64,000 nt of DNA from Hormiphora californensis (GCA_020137815.1 CM035350.1:5208001-5272000); one strand, 5' to 3'; counted from the first letter of the stretch, positions 28,640 to 43,123 are shown. Translations and numbers: made by a program. The notes: generated from the letters alone by a model not told the origin.

Positions 28640-30045
28640 GCTCTCTCTCTATCTCCTTTCTCAATTCCCTCTAGATTATATAAAATCCATCACAGACGCA
28701 GTTGCACATTGAACATCCTTTTATTTGAACAATTATCTCTCTCGGTGGATTTCTAGCTCTCTCTCGCTCTATCTTTTCATCTTTAGCTCTCTCTCCCTCT
28801 TAGTCCTTCTATCTCACTAGATTATCGATGCTCGTCAGACTCTATTCTTGTGCGGTCATTCCTTTCCCCGTGCTAATATCTCCAATCTTAGTCCTCTCAT
28901 TCTCCTATCATCTTTCATCGCCTCTCTTGTTCGCTTTTACACTTTTTTAATTCCTCTATTTGTAGATTCCTAGGTTTACCCGTAATTCAATCGATCTTTT
29001 ATCTCTCTTTTTACTCTTCAGGGATTATATCTAACTCTCTATCTCGCTTCCCATACTATTCACTACCCTTGTAAGCTAAGCATCCATTCCCTCTTATCCC
29101 CCCAAACTACCACATTTGATTCTCGATCATCACTCGATCGTGGGTCGCGGCGCAGACAAGTTATATGCCTAGCTTTGTGCCTCATCTGCAGATGAAGATC
29201 ATGCTTGAATCTTGAATACGAAATATTTTTCCCTTTTCGAGATTCCCTCACTTTCGGAAAAGGCATTCCTCCTAATCTCTCTTTCTCCCCCCCCCCTTCC
29301 CTTTATCTCCTTTTCCAATTTTTTTCTCTCTTCTCTCCTCTTCCTTTTTCCCCCCCTTCCTTCTCCTCTCCCCGCCCCCCCCCTCTTTCCCCTCCCACAT
29401 TCCCCCCTTTCGTTAAATCTTGAAAACCTCCTTCTCCCTCTCCTCTCCTCTCTTCTTCGTTTTCTCTCCCCCCTTCCCCCCCCTCTCCCCTGGTCCCCCC
29501 CTCCCTCTCTCCACCTCCCTTTCCTTCTCCCTCTTCTCCTCCCCTCTCTCCTCCGCCCTCTCTTCCCCTTCCTCCTCCCCTCTTCTCCTCCCTCTCCCTC
29601 CTTCCCCACTTCCCTTTCTCCAGGTCCCCCTCTCTCTCTCCCCGCTTTTCCCCCTCCTCTCTCCTCCTCTCTTCGTTCTTTTCCTAAAAATTCCATTTCT
29701 CGCTCTCCTTCTCCTTTTCTCCTTCCCCCCTCTCTCTTTTTCGGCCCCTCATTTCTCTCCTGTTTTCCCCCCCTTCTCCCCTTTTCATCCAAAAACCCTC
29801 TCCTTTTCCCCCCGGCCCTTCATCCACCCTTTCCTCAACTCCCCCATCTTCTCTTCTCCCGCCCCTCTCCCTCCCCCAATTCCTCGCCTCCTTCCCCCTT
29901 CCCCTCCCTCCCTCCCTTAATCTCTCTCTCCTTCCCCCGTCCCTCCCTTCCCCTTTTCCCTCCCTTCTCCCCCTTCCCCTTTCCCCGTCTCTTCCCCCTC
30001 CCCGCCCCCCACCTCTCTCCTTCCTTTTCTCGTCCCCCTCCCCCT

Positions 30046-30161
<116 letters not shown>

Positions 30162-30230
30162 CCATCTCTCTCCCTGACGTTCTTCCGCTGTAGTCTCTAT
30201 TCTCCTCTCTCTCCTCTCTCTCCATCTGCA

Positions 30231-30269
<39 letters not shown>

Positions 30270-31312
30270 TCTCTCCTCTCTTTCTCTCTCTCCTATCTCC
30301 GCTCTCTACTCCTTTCTCAATCCTCAATTATAAAACCCATACAGACGAGTTGCACATTAAACATCCTTTTATTTGAAAATTTTACTCTCTCGGGGTTTCT
30401 AGCTCTTCTCGCTTTCTTTTCTCTTTGGGCTCTTCCCCCTCTTAGTCCTTCTATTCACTGAATCGATGCTTAAAAAATCGAATGTGCTGGGGTTTACGAT
30501 GTCGCATTTTCTTTTTGAAATATGCAACTAAAATTTAGTCTCCTCATGTCTTTACTCAGTGGTCATGCTTTTGTTTCTTTTTTTACATTTTTTATTTTAT
30601 TGTGGGAATGTAGCCTATTCCGGAAAATTTCAATCGATCTTTGATCTCTCTATATCTTCGGATTCTTTTTTTAACCTCTATTTTTATCCCAACATTACTT
30701 TTGTTAAAAAGCAGCATGCCCTTTTGGGCGGGCGGCGGCGCCATACCCCATTTGATTCTCAGATCAGTGCGCTCAGATGGGATCGCGGCGCCAGACAAGT
30801 TATATGCCCTAGCTCGTGCCTCAACTGCAGACTGAAGATCATGCTTGAATCTATGAATACGAAATAAGTTCCATTTTCCGAGATCCCTCACTACGAACGG
30901 CATTCTTCCTTAATCGGGTCTCTTTCTCCCCCTCTCTATAATACCCCTGTCTCTCTATCTCTCTCTCTCTCTCTCTCTCTTCTTTCTCATCCATATTCTT
31001 CAAAGGAGATGTAAACTATCTAATCCTCTTCTACCTTGCGCCACTTGCCCTCCAGCACAACTACCTAGTACCTAGATTCTCACCTCCCACCTCTATATCG
31101 ACCAATGTCCCATTTTAATTCGGATTGTGTGGATATTGTAACTGCATAGTTTGATAAAGTAGCAAACACCCCAAATGGGCGCTATTTCTTTATTTTCTGT
31201 TTTCGCAAATACCGCACTCCCTCTGTGTTCATTGTCTCTATTTTTGTTTTATCTAGCTCTCCCTCCAACACAAACTTATCTCCGGACTCTGAGGACTGTC
31301 ACTCTCTCTCTC

Positions 31313-31385
<73 letters not shown>

Positions 31386-32178
31386 CTCTCTCTCTCTCGC
31401 TTCAAAACAACACGGCTCTCCCTGGTACGCTATGTCTGCCATTCGCTTGTTTACCAGGTACTCCGCGTAATCTCTCTGGGCTTCCGTTTTTTACCAAATC
31501 GTGCATTGCACAAGTAATGGCTGGCCAATTGGAGCCCATTATGTCACATGACATTCATTTCACTATTCCTGTCACTGCACTTCCTCTCTCTCTCGTCCAG
31601 AATCCTCTAGACCACTTAAACGTTGTAGTAAATTAATGCTCTGAATTATAACAATAACATGGCTCTCTTCTGCATCTCTTTCCGTCCATCGGTAAATCCT
31701 TTGAAGTACTTGGGCATCTTAATCTATCGAGCTTAGATGAGCTTTGATTTTCTTGACCTCTACGCATTTAACTGGTTCTCCATTTTCTTCTCTCCAGGCG
31801 TCTATGACTGGCCCACGTTTTTGGGGTATTTTTCGAAAAACCCTTATATTCCTTTTTGCATCGTTATGTCCTTAAATCTCGGTGGCACGCCCTGCTTGGG
31901 GGGAAGGGACAGACAAGACAGCAGCAGGAGGAGGAGAGGAGCAGTGGGGGGGCGAAAACCCGCCCGAGGGGGCGCCCTCGCGCGCGCGACGCGCAGGGGC
32001 GGGCACGAGCGCGCACGACCGGGCGGGCACGAGCGCGCACGCGAGGGCAAGGACACGAGCGAGCAGTGCCCTTTCTTTCTCGTTCTCCTAGTTGTGACTC
32101 TCCCATTTTGCTAATATACACCATCGTAAAGAATCATGGCAAAGATGGATTAAAGGGGAGTGAGAGAGGCAGCAAGAG

Positions 32179-32215
<37 letters not shown>

Positions 32216-32231
32216 GGAGGAGATGAGAGAG

Positions 32232-32264
<33 letters not shown>

Positions 32265-32957
32265 GCAACAAAAGAGAGTAGAGGAAGAGAGCTCTGAGTA
32301 TCATAAGACTCTTTGCGCTTCTTGGAAGTGAACGAATTGGTACTGCTTCTCTCTCCCTCTCTCTATACCTCGTGGTTTAGAAATTAATCTACTCTCTTTA
32401 CATCTTCGTAGGTCCCTTGTTCCTGGTCAAAAACCATATTTTTCTAATTTTCTTTCCTGTTTTATAGTCTCATAACTGAGTCATATCCTCGTGATCCCAA
32501 AAACTTATTTTCATATTTATGCAATTTCATGTAATTTCCTTGTCTACCACCGATTACTCGTAATTTCAGTAGACAAGATTGCTTAAAACGTTCTCATTAA
32601 ATGATGGCATTTCTAGGATTTGGTAAATACTTTAATAACATAGTTGGTCCTCAAGTACCGGGGATCGGACAAAGAGAGAGGGTACGAGTGGACAGAGGCT
32701 CAGATTAGCTCTGGCTAGAGGAGGAGAGAGAGAGCATGAGAGAGAAGGAGAGTAGAGAGGAGAGAGAGAGGGAGCGAGAGAGCGAGAGGAGAGGGAGAGG
32801 AGAGAGAGGGGGAGAGAGAGAGGGAGAGAGAGAGGGCGAGCGCGAGAGAGAGAGAGAGAGGGAGGAGAGAGAGAGAGAGGGAGAGAGAGAGGGAGAGAGG
32901 GAGAGAGAGGAGAAGAGGGAAGAGAGAGAGAGAGGGAGAGAGAGAAGAGAGAGAGAG

Positions 32958-32994
<37 letters not shown>

Positions 32995-33193
32995 AGAGAG
33001 AGCAGAGATCTCGCTCTCTCTCTATATAGAATATTCTTCAGTAAGCAGATAAGTTCTTGACCACAGTGGGTTTTATCACTATATGAAGTGATAAGAATTC
33101 ACTATAAGAATAGAGAGAGAAGAAATACCACAACGGGGTTCCAATCGGTCGTTTATGTGGCAACTGGCACTGTACTGTCGAAAATCTTTTATA

Positions 33194-34090
33194 CAGGGGT
33201 GGGCATAAAAAATGTCCGCCCTAGACTAGCATAGTTCCAGATATCGTAGAGGGCTAAAACTTGGCCAGGAGTTTACTCTATGGAAACAAATAAATAGGTT
33301 GAACCCGAAATTTCAGACTTTTAGTCAAAGTTCAGTTTTTTGATCGGAATGAATTGTCAGTCATTACAAAAAAAACATGAATTTTCGGTACAAAGTCAAA
33401 AAGTGTCTTTGGCTATCAAAGTTCATTCAAATGCGAAAGAAGAAAATCAAAAAAGGGACAACCACCCAAGGCACACAGTGATCATGTTTCGTCAGTTAGT
33501 CAGGTAATGTGATCCCACGAAATCATGGACAACCTTTCTGAATTGCTAATCAGCTTTTGGGAAGAATCAGATACATAGCGTAATGGAGGGATGTGTATCG
33601 AGAAGCGATATGTTATGGGTCGGAGCACTTGGGTTAAAGAGGCCACTGTTAAATGAGCTTAGCGATCTATGGCCAATTCATCATGGTCATCCCTCATTAG
33701 CGGCTTGTGATTACGTGATTCTCCACAAAAAATAATCCTGATTAGCAATTCCTACAGTCCACGATTGAGGGGGATCACATGATCTGGAATAACTGTCAGA
33801 AAAGAAAAAACATGATCACTGTGTGCCTTGTGGTTGTCCCGTTTTTTGCGTTTTTCTTGGTGGCATTTGGAATGAAATTATAGCCAAAGAAAATTTTTTG
33901 ACTTTGGACCGAAAATTCATGTTTTTTTGGAATGACTGACAATGTTCATTCCGATAAAAAAAAAGAATTTTGGGGAAAAGTCGAAATTTTGGTCAACCAT
34001 TTTTTGTTCCATAGAGTACTCTGCCAAGTTTTAGCCCTCTACATATCTGGAACATGCAGTCTAGGGGGGGAATTTTTTTAGCCCCCCCTG
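33194..34090. mobile_element. Palindromic ~900-bp MITE, Tc1/mariner-like; degraded copy of the family at 62210-63091
   Basis: Starts TA|CAGGGGTGGGC..CTAGACTAGCATAGTTCCAGATATCGTAGAG and ends ..GCCCCCCCTG; long inverted arms; homologous to 62210-63091. Confidence 0.85.
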
Positions 34091-35495
34091 ATATCCGTTT
34101 TCTAGTTTTCATAGAAAATTTTTCCACTCTCTATCTCCGAAAATTTTTCCCACCCCGATCGTTTTTTGGGGTTAACAGAGTTCTATTGGTGTAGATATAT
34201 TTTGTGGTGATTAGCTGCCGTTTTTAAAAATCTAAAAGGGTTCTTTCATCGTTCCTATATCTATAAGATTAATTTTTAACGGTTTTAAAATAACCTGCAC
34301 CGCACATTTGCACTATATTGATCTATAATATCAGTCGAATTAATCTTTGTTTCGCTTGGTCCTGCTTATAGCTGTGGAATAGTCTGAAATACAAACAACT
34401 CTACTCAACTGAATACAAATATGAAAACCCCTAAATGGAAGAAGTTTAATTAATTTTAAGGGTTTTAAATTTTAAAATTTTTTAAAAAAGTTTTGTAAAC
34501 AAGTTAATTAAAAATTTGGGTTTTTGGGAAAAAAGTATAAAAAAATAAGTTTTTTGTAAACCCCGGGGCGAGATGGTGGTGCTTCCCTCTGTAAAAAGAA
34601 AAAAAAATTCGGACGAAATTTTTGGTACCCCGATAAGCGCTTTTAAAGATTTGCACCAGCACAGCACTTCCAAGCAAATAACCAAGTCAGTGTATAATTA
34701 GAATCCCCTTTTTTAAATTAAATATAAAGGGGGAATTCTATCCAGATTTCCCCCTTTCAGTTTTCTGTCCAAAAATGTTAGTTCCGTGGTTTACGGATTG
34801 TTTTAATTTTTTTTTCCACATAGCCCACTTAGTTTAGATAATATGATTTTGAAACAAGAATAAATGCTTTTGTTTCATAATGCTATTTTTCCCCCGCCAA
34901 CCTTTTTTTTCTAACCATCTAATGTGAAGGCGGGAAGCCCTTTCCCGATCATTTATAAATCATCAAACCGTATAGAAAAAATTTGGTTTTAGAGCACTAA
35001 TTGCGCCCCACATTGGCGGCTCACTTTCCCTAAAAAAAAGGCCATTAATATTTGAAAAAGGAGAAAAACCCGTTGTCCCTCGAAATAATGGGTTTACGTC
35101 ACGGGACAAAAAAAAACGTCTTAAATTTTTAAAAATTTTTTAAACCCCCATGCCTTTTTAAAATGCATCCGGGTGAAGCCTTCGGCATTCACCCGGGGGG
35201 GGAAAAAAAAAAAAAAAAAGGTCGGGTTTAAAAGGTTTTTTTTTTGGGTTTTTGGCCATACCTACTTTCCCTTTTTTTCCCCCCTTTGGGTGTTTAAAAA
35301 TTTTTGTTGGTTTAGGGAAAAGAGGGGTTTTGGGGGGTGGGAGGGGGGGGAAGGGTTTGGAGAAAATTTGGGGGTGCAAAAAAGGGGGGGGGTGGGGGGG
35401 GGGGGGCGACGGGGGGGGGGGAAAAAAAGGGGGGGGTTTTTTTTTTTAAAAACCCCCCCCCCTTTTTTTAGGGGGGGGGTTTTTTTTTTTTTTTT

Positions 35496-35540
<45 letters not shown>

Positions 35541-36055
35541 AAAAGGGGGGGGGGGAAAAAAAAAAGGGGGGGGGGGGGGAAAAAAAAAAAAAAGGGGGGG
35601 GGGTTTTTTTCTCTTATTTTTTTTAATTTTTTCCCCTTCCTCTTCCAAAAATTTTAAGAAAGGTAAAAAAAAAACCGGCCATAAATTAACTTACAGCCCT
35701 TTTTAGCAATTCGGCCCAAAATTTTTTTAGAACCCCCAAGAATTGCCATAAATTTTTTGGGAAAACCCAATTAAATTTTCCCCCTTCCCTCCCCCCCACC
35801 CCCCCCGGGGTTTTTTCTTTTTTCAATATCCTCGCCCCCTCTCTCTCTGCCCCCTCTCACTCTCGCTATGCCGATTGTCAAGCTGTAAGAGAAGGCTGCA
35901 TCGGGAAGGGGGGTTACAATTTTTCTCACGCGTTAAAGTCCCCGATATAGCTGCAACAAGGGAATTTTTAATATAAACCTTTTAAATCCCCATCAAAAAT
36001 GTGTACTCTCAACTACGCACCCTTTATAATTTATATCTGCATCGGGGGGGTCATC

Positions 36056-36258
36056 ATGTTCCTTCGTTCCTTGTTGAGCATGAACAAAGCGGGGGCAGGC
36101 AAGGTTGCCGGAGGGGCCGCTAAAGCTGGGCTGAAGAACATGAGGAACATGCAGAATAGGAGACAGCAGGATAACAAGCAGTCTAAACTTGCTGATGATA
36201 TCTTGGACAAGTCAGCGGGTGAGAGTGAGGATGAGGAGAAGAAGAAAGAAAAGACTAT
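36056..36258 (+). CDS. Candidate innexin variable first coding exon V5 (~68 aa)
   Basis: MFLRSLLSMNKAGAGKVAGG..ESEDEEKKKEKT then GTGAGT. As assembled the donor is phase 2 (ACT AT|GTGAGT); one missing G would make it phase 0, and the flanking sequence is error-rich. Confidence 0.5.
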
Positions 36259-36770
36259 GTGAGTGCAGTAGCTGTGAGTTTTCACTTTGATACAGAATAT
36301 ATAGGCCTCAGATCCCCCCTTTTTACTCTGAACCGTATAACTGTCTCCATCTCCCGTAAAAAGTTCTGTTTTTGTTGTATAGGACAATAAGTTGGTTTTC
36401 CAAGGGTCCGAGAATCTCCAGCTTTTCTGGGTAGAAATATGTACCTGTATATTGTCTATATTTCCTTGTTATTATATTTCCTCGAACAATAAAACATACA
36501 TAGCCGTTATAGTAACATTAAACAGTACTATATAATATGCTATGTGAGTGAGAGCTGTACGGGTTGAATGAGAGAGAGGCCAGGGTACTATAAAGTAAGT
36601 ATCGGAGTGCTAGGAGATGCTGGAACTGGTTTTATTCAGCATGGAGTCAGTAGGAGGAGGAAATCTGTATAGGTCCTCAATAATGTTGACACCCCTTACT
36701 CAACAACAATAATGATGATTGATGGCATGTGCATCACTCCCTATTACCGGCTCTGACAGTTAGGGATAAG

Positions 36771-36810
<40 letters not shown>

Positions 36811-36812
36811 AG

Positions 36813-36850
<38 letters not shown>

Positions 36851-38058
36851 AGGGGGGAGGGAGGAGGGAAAAAGGTGCGGGGGGGGTCAGACGGGGATGA
36901 TGGAGATGGAGATATGGAACAGCAGGGACCAACCAAGGTGATAGTGATGGGGTATTATAGCTAACGGGGTTTGTTATGAAATGAACCCTCTATTCGGGAG
37001 AGGAAGGGTAGCACCAATGAGGGATAAAGATCGGGCGTCATTTTATCTAGAGGGGGGGAGGAAGAGGGGAAGGAAAGAAGAGAGAAGGGGAGATTGGGAG
37101 GAGAGCTATATGGGGGAGTTTTCGATATAAAGCAGGGATCTCCTGTTTTAAAAAGGTTTTATAGTGCGTGGGGGGTCAATTATAGCCCGTTTCAACAATT
37201 GGGTGAGGGGAAAGAAAGGAGGGGAGGGAGGAAAAGGGAAAGGGGAGGAGAGGAGAAAGGAGTTGGGGAGGATCAACAACAGTTCGTGATTGCGCAGACT
37301 CCGTTAGATTGGTTCCCCAATTATTTTAAAAAAAGTTATTTTAAGCTAAATTCCCCCGATGTTTCCCCCCCAAAAAAAAAAAAAAAACCCCCTTTTTTCC
37401 CCTCCCCTTTTATAATAGCAGATGCCCCCACGAAATTTATCTTGAGATCAATTATTCTAGTCAGCAATTACGATGATAATGAATTATTAAGACCATTAAC
37501 AACAGCATTTACAACACTCCATTTATTAAATAAAAATTTTTAAATATTTTACCAGTTGATAATGTATCTGGTAGTTTTTTCAATTAGTAAATACCCAATA
37601 GTTTTAAACCTCTGCAGTGCATCTCTCTGTAGTGGGTGCCTCTTCCAGGGGGAGGGAGGGGTGGGGGCGTGCTCCATTTTGAACAGTAATTGCTGCATAT
37701 TTCCCCCACCCTTTAACCCCCTTTTTTTTAGCGGGGGAAAAAGGAAGTGTAAGTGCAAAAAACATACATACAGATTCCTGAAGGAATGTCTGCTAATAAT
37801 TTACACACTCTCCCGTGTTTACTTTTCTGCCTCCAGTCTCGCGTCTTTCTACCTGTTGTCAGGTAATTCTTTAAAGCAGGCTGGTTTTTTTGAAGGGATG
37901 GTCATTAGGATCACATCTTTTAGCCCTCATGGTTAGGTAGAGAAGGGGGTCATTGCCACATCTTTTTATAAAGGACCTGTTGTTTGCTGACCTACCAGAA
38001 TTCTTTGGTTAAATAGGGCGATAATAATACTTCTTGGAGGATAGTTACCTTATTACCT

Positions 38059-38219
38059 CTATATAACGGAACCTCTAATTAACGAAATCGGTAATAATTT
38101 CGTTAATTTTAGGTATCGTTAATTTCCAAAATAGCAAACATATGGTACACCAAAACCGATTTTCGTTAATTAAAGGTACGTTAATTAAAGGTACGCTAAT
38201 AGGAGGTTCCGTTATATAG
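38059..38219. mobile_element. ~160-bp MITE with 17-bp inverted termini
   Basis: CTATATAACGGAACCTC ... GAGGTTCCGTTATATAG; internal CGTTAATT repeats. Confidence 0.7.
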
Positions 38220-39792
38220 CGGTAATAAGGTAGTACTAAAGTTAGCTCCCTATCTGCAGCTCTGCAGTATTTACTAGGTGTATTATGCAGTAACCGTAAC
38301 CACACAGCTCTGCCGTGAGATGCAATATGTCAGTGCACTGCATGGCGTGTGTGCCTTATTGGAGCATGATGCACATACTAATTATAGATGTTGTAAATTA
38401 TGCGGGTAAGAAGCAGCTAATTAGGTTGCAGGAATATGAACCACTGTTGTATTGCAGGGAATCATGATCAGTCACCACGTGGTTTAACATATACACAGTT
38501 AGCGGCGAATCCTACTAGTGATCCCTCCCTCATCCTGTTCTCTTTATCTCTCTTTCTCTCTATGTTTTCCTATTTTTTACAATGCTAGATCTTCTTTAGT
38601 TAGAACAATCAGTGTACTCTTCTAAGTACACGAGCATCATAAGTACCTGTCTGAATATATTGTTCACTTTTTCATATTGTCTTTGGCTACTATAATAAGT
38701 ACATAGTGTTCAAAATTTGACTACCTGTGGCGGTAGGAGGGAGGGGTAGTCCTGAGTTGTATGGAATTAGTGCTGGAATTGTGGTATTGGTGGTGCTGAT
38801 TAACAGAGCTATGAGCTGTGCACGTCTAGCAACTCTATGCCCAGCTGCTGTAGCTGGAAGAACATATGATTGTGTGACCACCAAGCTGTCTTCAATACCA
38901 TCATCATCATATTGCGGTTTGCTCTCTCTCTCTCTCTCTAGCAATCTGTCTCTCTGTAGCAATCTTTGTTCACTTTCTATCATTACTTTCTTACATGTAC
39001 CTTCACTTTCTGCGTCTGTTCTTCATGTCTCAACTCTCAACAACCAGGGCGAGAGAGAGGGGTGAGGAAGTGTGCGAGGAGCTAAATGGAGAGATAGAGG
39101 TCCATCCGATTCTATTTTTTGCTTGGTACACTCCGAGAGTAAGAGCAATAGAGAGGAAGAAAGAGAGAAAGGATTAGAAAAGTAAGAGAGGAGAATCGGA
39201 GATGAGAGAGAGCAAGTACTGTCCTCTACTAGCTGTGCAGAGTATTCTTTTGCTTTCCTTGATCGGTCTCTAATCTCTGCATCTTGCTCTTTTTGTGTGT
39301 ACTGTCCTATCTGCTTGCAGCTAGAAGGCCTTTAATGTTTTTAAATTTGGCCTATCGTTTTGGCCTATGATCGTATCTCCTAGTTCTGTAGTAGTTTATC
39401 GAGTATCTCCATCATTGACTCCGCTGATGCAGCTGTAGTTTATTTTCCAGTTTATTTTTCTATGCATATGGACGTGAAGTAGAGCCGCTTAGACACATCA
39501 CATGGACGTTTATGAAGTGTAGACAGCCGTGTTAGAGCACTAATCGATGATCCTATAAGCATCTCAAATACTCGGCGTCTCTCTATCTTCTCGCCTCTAG
39601 TTCTAGCGACTCTCTCTCTCTCTCTAGCTCTCTCTCTACTCTATCTCTCTCTCTCTCTCTCTCTCTCTATCTCATCACAGGCGGTAAAGTGCGATTGATG
39701 GTCTGTGATTGTTCACTGAACAGCTTTGCTGCATCAGTCAGTGAATCTAGTTAAACCTCTCCATAACATCTTATGCAACTCTCTACAAAAGT

Positions 39793-39867
39793 ATGTCAAA
39801 GTCAGACAAGTGTTTCAGGCAAATGGGGTCTGTGATTGACTGTACGTGGGTGCGGACAGAGGAACAG
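39793..39867 (+). CDS. Candidate innexin variable first coding exon V6 (25 aa, MSKSDKCFRQMGSVIDCTWVRTEEQ)
   Basis: ATG-initiated open frame ending CAG|GTAAAG in phase 0; pyrimidine-rich acceptor upstream at about 39679. Confidence 0.4.
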
Positions 39868-40345
39868 GTAAAGTGAACTATTTTTAGATATACTCTGCAA
39901 AGATAATGTCATGGAGATGCAGAAGATGTATCCAGAACCCTTTCAGCTTCATAATGATTCCGTTGTGCCGGAAACGAATCAACATTTATCAGAATACTTG
40001 CCTTTCGATATTCACTAGATTCGACATTCTCTCTCGAAAGTTTCAGCATTCATATGATCGTTTTGCTCCGCTCAAACTTCTCGTATCACTTATTGAGCTA
40101 GATCTCTTTGTGGTGGAGGAAGTGCAACAGAGCAATCTGTCTCTTCGAACTGTGTAGCAACTTCTTTCTCGCAGAGAGAAGAGTAGCAAAGAAGCAACGT
40201 CTCTGAAGGAGCATCTTCTGAAAGATAGATAGATAGAGAAGGAGAGAGAGGAGATAGTAAGATGTCCTGATGATGCATCACTTTGGAGAGAGAAATGTTG
40301 TTGGTGGCGGTTGATCATTGGATAGAAAGCGTGCGTATTGAGAGA

Positions 40346-40407
<62 letters not shown>

Positions 40408-40555
40408 AACATGGTAATGGCTCATTAACGGATCGTTATTGCAATACAGAGAGAGTAGCAATTCAAGAGCTGTATTACGATCTTTTTGTGCCTTCATTTT
40501 TGTTATTGCCATCTCCCGGACGACTTGAGAGTGATGCCTGACTGCCATCACAATA

Positions 40556-40660
40556 ATGGATGGCTTTGACGGGGGAGACAGTGACTACGGAGGCGGAAGT
40601 GACGAAGAAGGGGGAAGGAAAAGGAAAAGGGGGAGGAGGGGACGCAGGAGACGTGCTAGA
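40556..40660 (+). CDS. Candidate innexin variable first coding exon V7 (35 aa, MDGFDGGDSDYGGGSDEEGGRKRKRGRRGRRRRAR)
   Basis: In-frame stop at 40532 with no AG before the ATG, so it must be an initial coding exon; ends AGA|GTAGGT in phase 0. Confidence 0.68.
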
Positions 40661-41200
40661 GTAGGTTTTTCATCTCTCTCCCTTGTTCTAGATCACTGTT
40701 TGCATGTTCATGGTGTCCCATAGTTTTCCATTTTGTCATGTTTTCGAGCTTTCCAGAGCAGTAAATTATATTTCATGGATTGGTATAGGTTTTGGCGCAG
40801 TTCTTGATCATGCAGATATATTATCATATGGAGTGGATCAGTGCTCAAGGCGGGTTTTATGGTAATCAAGTAACTTTTCTTACTAATCCACCGCGTCTAG
40901 TAAGAAAGAGACACCTAATGTGGGTGCCGGGTGGTCATTGTTGAACAACCCCTTACTCAACAAGGTGGTCATGTTTTATGTATACCGTCCCCAGCTCACC
41001 AGCAGAGTACTTGGGAGGATTTTCTGCCTCAATTTCAATCACAAAGAAACCTCTCTGTAGGACAGCTGTGGGATTGCTCTCTACATTCTTCTCTAGCTGA
41101 TCCTTCATCCAAGTATCCTGTATCTGTATCTAGCTCTCTTACCGCCTTTAGCACGATTTAAATACTATGTTGTACGCTCTTTTTGTCATGTTTTGTCAAA

Positions 41201-41293
41201 ATGGGTCGTCACCACAAATCATCTCACGCATCTAAAACTAAAAGGGTTCCGAACATTCGGAGTCACAACAAAAAACTTTTTCTCAAAACTTTG
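41201..41293 (+). CDS. Candidate innexin variable first coding exon V8 (31 aa, MGRHHKSSHASKTKRVPNIRSHNKKLFLKTL)
   Basis: In-frame TAA at 41159 with no AG before the ATG; ends TTG|GTGAGT in phase 0. Confidence 0.65.
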
Positions 41294-41962
41294 GTGAGTA
41301 TACATCATCTGAGAAAAAGTATCATGATCTCATCCGCATAGTAGCTGTCGAATTAATGAAGATATCTTCTATACTACTATTTATAATTTGGTTAGGTATT
41401 TTGTTGGGTAAGTTCTTGGGTTCAAAGAGTTTACTCGATTTTATTTCATGTAATTTCAATCTTTGACTGTAACTTTTAACTGTAGAAAGCTAATATTTCT
41501 TACTATTTTATGTTTACATGTATAACCTGCTAATGTGTAACCTAAAACCCAGCCTAGCTGACATGTTCCACAGCTATCGGCTGACTCTCAATGTCTGTAA
41601 CCCCCTGCTGTTCTTCTCAGCATTGAAATTCCAGATTTCCTTCCCCCTCCCCCGAAAAACAACCTAATTGTAGACTTCTTTTTGCTATCTAGATATTCTT
41701 TCCCGCGGTTTAGGAAGTGTTTCAGTGTTCCCCAATTCCAATCTCCCGTCAGGGGATCATCATAGCCCTTCCCCAGCTATAACTAGGACCCAAGCCCCCC
41801 CCCTTCTTGAACTAGGCGCCATGTCCCCTGCTATTAGCATGGCTCGATCCACGTACCCTCGCCTGCTATTAGCTAGGCTCCAAGTTAAGCCCCTCCCCGT
41901 TTCCCCTTCTTTAACTAGGCTCTAAACTCCACGCCGCGTCTTACTAAGACTCTTCACTTTAG

Positions 41963-43123
41963 GGGAAATGCTCCAACATGTTGCTCCTTGGATCTCTCGG
42001 AACGATCAAGAATTTGAGCATCTTCAAGGATCTCAGTTTGGACGATTGGTTGGATCAAATGAACCGAACATTCATGTTCCTGCTCCTCTGTTTTATGGGC
42101 ACGATAGTCGCTGTTAGTCAGTACACAGGTACATATCTGGAAAAATTATTAAACGCTCTGCAACCAGATTTTAATTTCATTTATTTCAATTTTATTTCTT
42201 ATTTTGAGGACTTTCCTATTTCTCCCATCCCCCTCCAGGAAAGAACATATCGTGTAATGGGTTCGAGAAGTTTGGGGAGGATTTCTCCCAAGATTACTGC
42301 TGGACCCAGGGACTGTACACGATAAAAGAGGCATACGATCTACCCGAGTCCCAGATCCCTTATCCCGGAATTATCCCGGAGAATGTACCCGCCTGTAGGG
42401 AGCACTCACTCAAAAACGGAGGTAAGTATCTGCTACTAGACTGCAGCAGCCATGTGGGGGATGGTAGATGTAGTATGGGGGAATATGGTTTGCTACTGCA
42501 GCATGAGCTGTAGCGCGATGTTTTGTACTTGATCCAAGAGGGAGGGAGAGTTTCTTTTCAAAAAGGAGTGAGAGAGAGTGGAGAGTCTGAATCCTTTCCT
42601 CCAGATTCCTCCTCACCAGGGAAGATAGTGTGCCCTCCCAAGGACCAACTGAAGCCCCTAACTCGAGCCAGACATCTCTGGTATCAGTGGATCCCCTTCT
42701 ACTTTTGGGTGATCGCTCCTGTCTTCTACCTTCCATACATGGTATGTGATCCCCCCCCATGTGATATTGTACAATTGTTACACGTGTGTATTATTTTGAA
42801 GGGCTGGTATTACACATGTTACTTTACTGGAATGTGTATTTATCTTGAAGTACGCGGTTGTATATTAGAATACGTTGGCATTGCTGTAATAAGCAGACTA
42901 AATGCTTTTTGTGGTCATTAATAGCTGCTTGGTATACTAGGAAATTCAGATTTATAAATTACTCAAAAAGGAAAGCCATTACATTGTGGTCTCAGACTAC
43001 TTCTCTTGCAAGGGCCGTTTATTATAAACGGCCTGATCAAAGCTTAGCTCATATTTAAAGTCTGCAGAAACATGAATTATCTAGGTTTTAAGAACAAGGT
43101 ATCATGATTACGGTTGTCCAATA

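Noticed and set aside
34400-35830. G/A/T homopolymer-rich ORFs, apparent G-quadruplex region
   Set aside because: The pattern is typical of degraded base-calling. The same applies to about 13500-14300 and 37000-37750.
38690-39065. Overlapping 97-112-aa ORFs on both strands inside the variable-exon region
   Set aside because: No domain similarity, no phase-0 plus-strand donor and no partner exons.
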